64,000 nt of DNA from Antedon mediterranea (lineage: Eukaryota > Animalia > Echinodermata). Every line of letters begins with the position of its first letter. Position 1 is the stretch's first letter. The DNA is taken from positions 3,015,888 to 3,079,887 of the forward strand of contig NC_092676.1 in assembly GCF_964355755.1 (NCBI RefSeq). The letters run 5' to 3'. Of the stretch, positions 63,190 through 64,000 are shown piece by piece. The position numbers were made by a program, and so were the translations under genes. The notes beneath the pieces are model-generated. The model did not search any database. It was not told the origin of the DNA and saw only the letters and a program-made list of their open reading frames with translations.

Positions 63190-63354
63190 CTTTTCTGGCT
63201 GTTTTACTTTATCGTTTTGCTTTTGATTTAGCTTTTCGCTTTTTTTTGTATCTCCATTGAGATCCAGCCACTGATACCCACAGCATTGTCATTTTTTCAG
63301 TATTTTGCCTTTGGATTTATATATATATATATAGTTATACTAGTTAAAGTACAG

Positions 63355-63640
63355 TTATTACATAACCCCTCATAAAATAAATCATGCAGCATTCATAGTA
63401 TATTAATTTGATGAACAAAAATGAGTACTGTAATACTTAATACTGTGAGGGAGCTTTCCTTTATTAGATAATTATATAAAATCAAGTTTATTCTAGTTAA
63501 ATCAAGTACAGCAATCTACATAACCCTTCATAATATAAAATCATGTAGCATACATAGTATATTTTTATGAAAAAAATTAGTACTGTAATACTTAATACTG
63601 TGAAGGAGCTTTCCTTTATTAGATAATTATATAAATCAAG
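63355..63640. repeat. ~157-bp tandem duplication
   Basis: ACATAACCC.TCATAA...AGTACTGTAATACTTAATACTGTGA.GGAGCTTTCCTTTATTAGATAATTATATAAA occurs twice. Confidence 0.85.
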
Positions 63641-64000
63641 TAGATAGATAGATACTAGTAGTGTGTACTCTACTTTTAAAATGTGCATGTACGCAATTTA
63701 GTCAGCCAGCTTAAGCATGGCTATTGTAACCAAAAGCTGAAATCACCATTTAATCCTATGACATGACTATGTGTAGAGAATTTTGCGTACTCCAGCAACG
63801 TAAACGTCATCTGGCTGCGGAAAACGTTTGTTACTGCTTAAATATGCCGATAGGTTTGCGTTGTTCTTCATTTTATCAAAAAATATCTGTGAAACAATAA
63901 GAATGTATTTAAAAAAATGCATTATACATACATCATGCAGAAATTGTTTTTTTTTTCGTATAAAAAATGTTTAAAAAGTACTATTAAACAATAGTTTACT

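Overview
AT-rich, intron-rich animal genomic DNA. It is probably an invertebrate deuterostome such as an echinoderm; this is inferred from the NOX4 orthologue, Deu/Nin-type SINE cores and base composition. By hand-splicing at GT-AG junctions I reconstruct eight genes. On +: the last exon of a ZMYM2/3/4 (woc) gene, a 4-exon bacterial-type DegT/DnrJ/EryC1/StrS PLP aminotransferase, two distantly related coiled-coil genes (CCDC190-like) and a 5-exon C22orf15/CXorf65-like gene. On -: a 17-exon NOX4 NADPH oxidase and a ~21-exon ECT2L (F-box plus RhoGEF). ECT2L lies head-to-head with a 6-exon TIPRL on +. Introns carry many non-autonomous elements: two Harbinger-like MITE families, a Kolobok-like MITE, a Helentron/DINE-1-like element, Rex1/Babar and CR1/L2 LINE fragments and tRNA-derived SINEs, several of them nested. 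The most unusual signals are two minimal hammerhead ribozymes (one with a natural compensatory G3-C8 core), a tRNA-like gene with an ATC anticodon inside a direct-repeat-flanked cassette, and repeated tandem amplification of splice donors and a stop codon. All identifications come from remembered motifs, not database searches.
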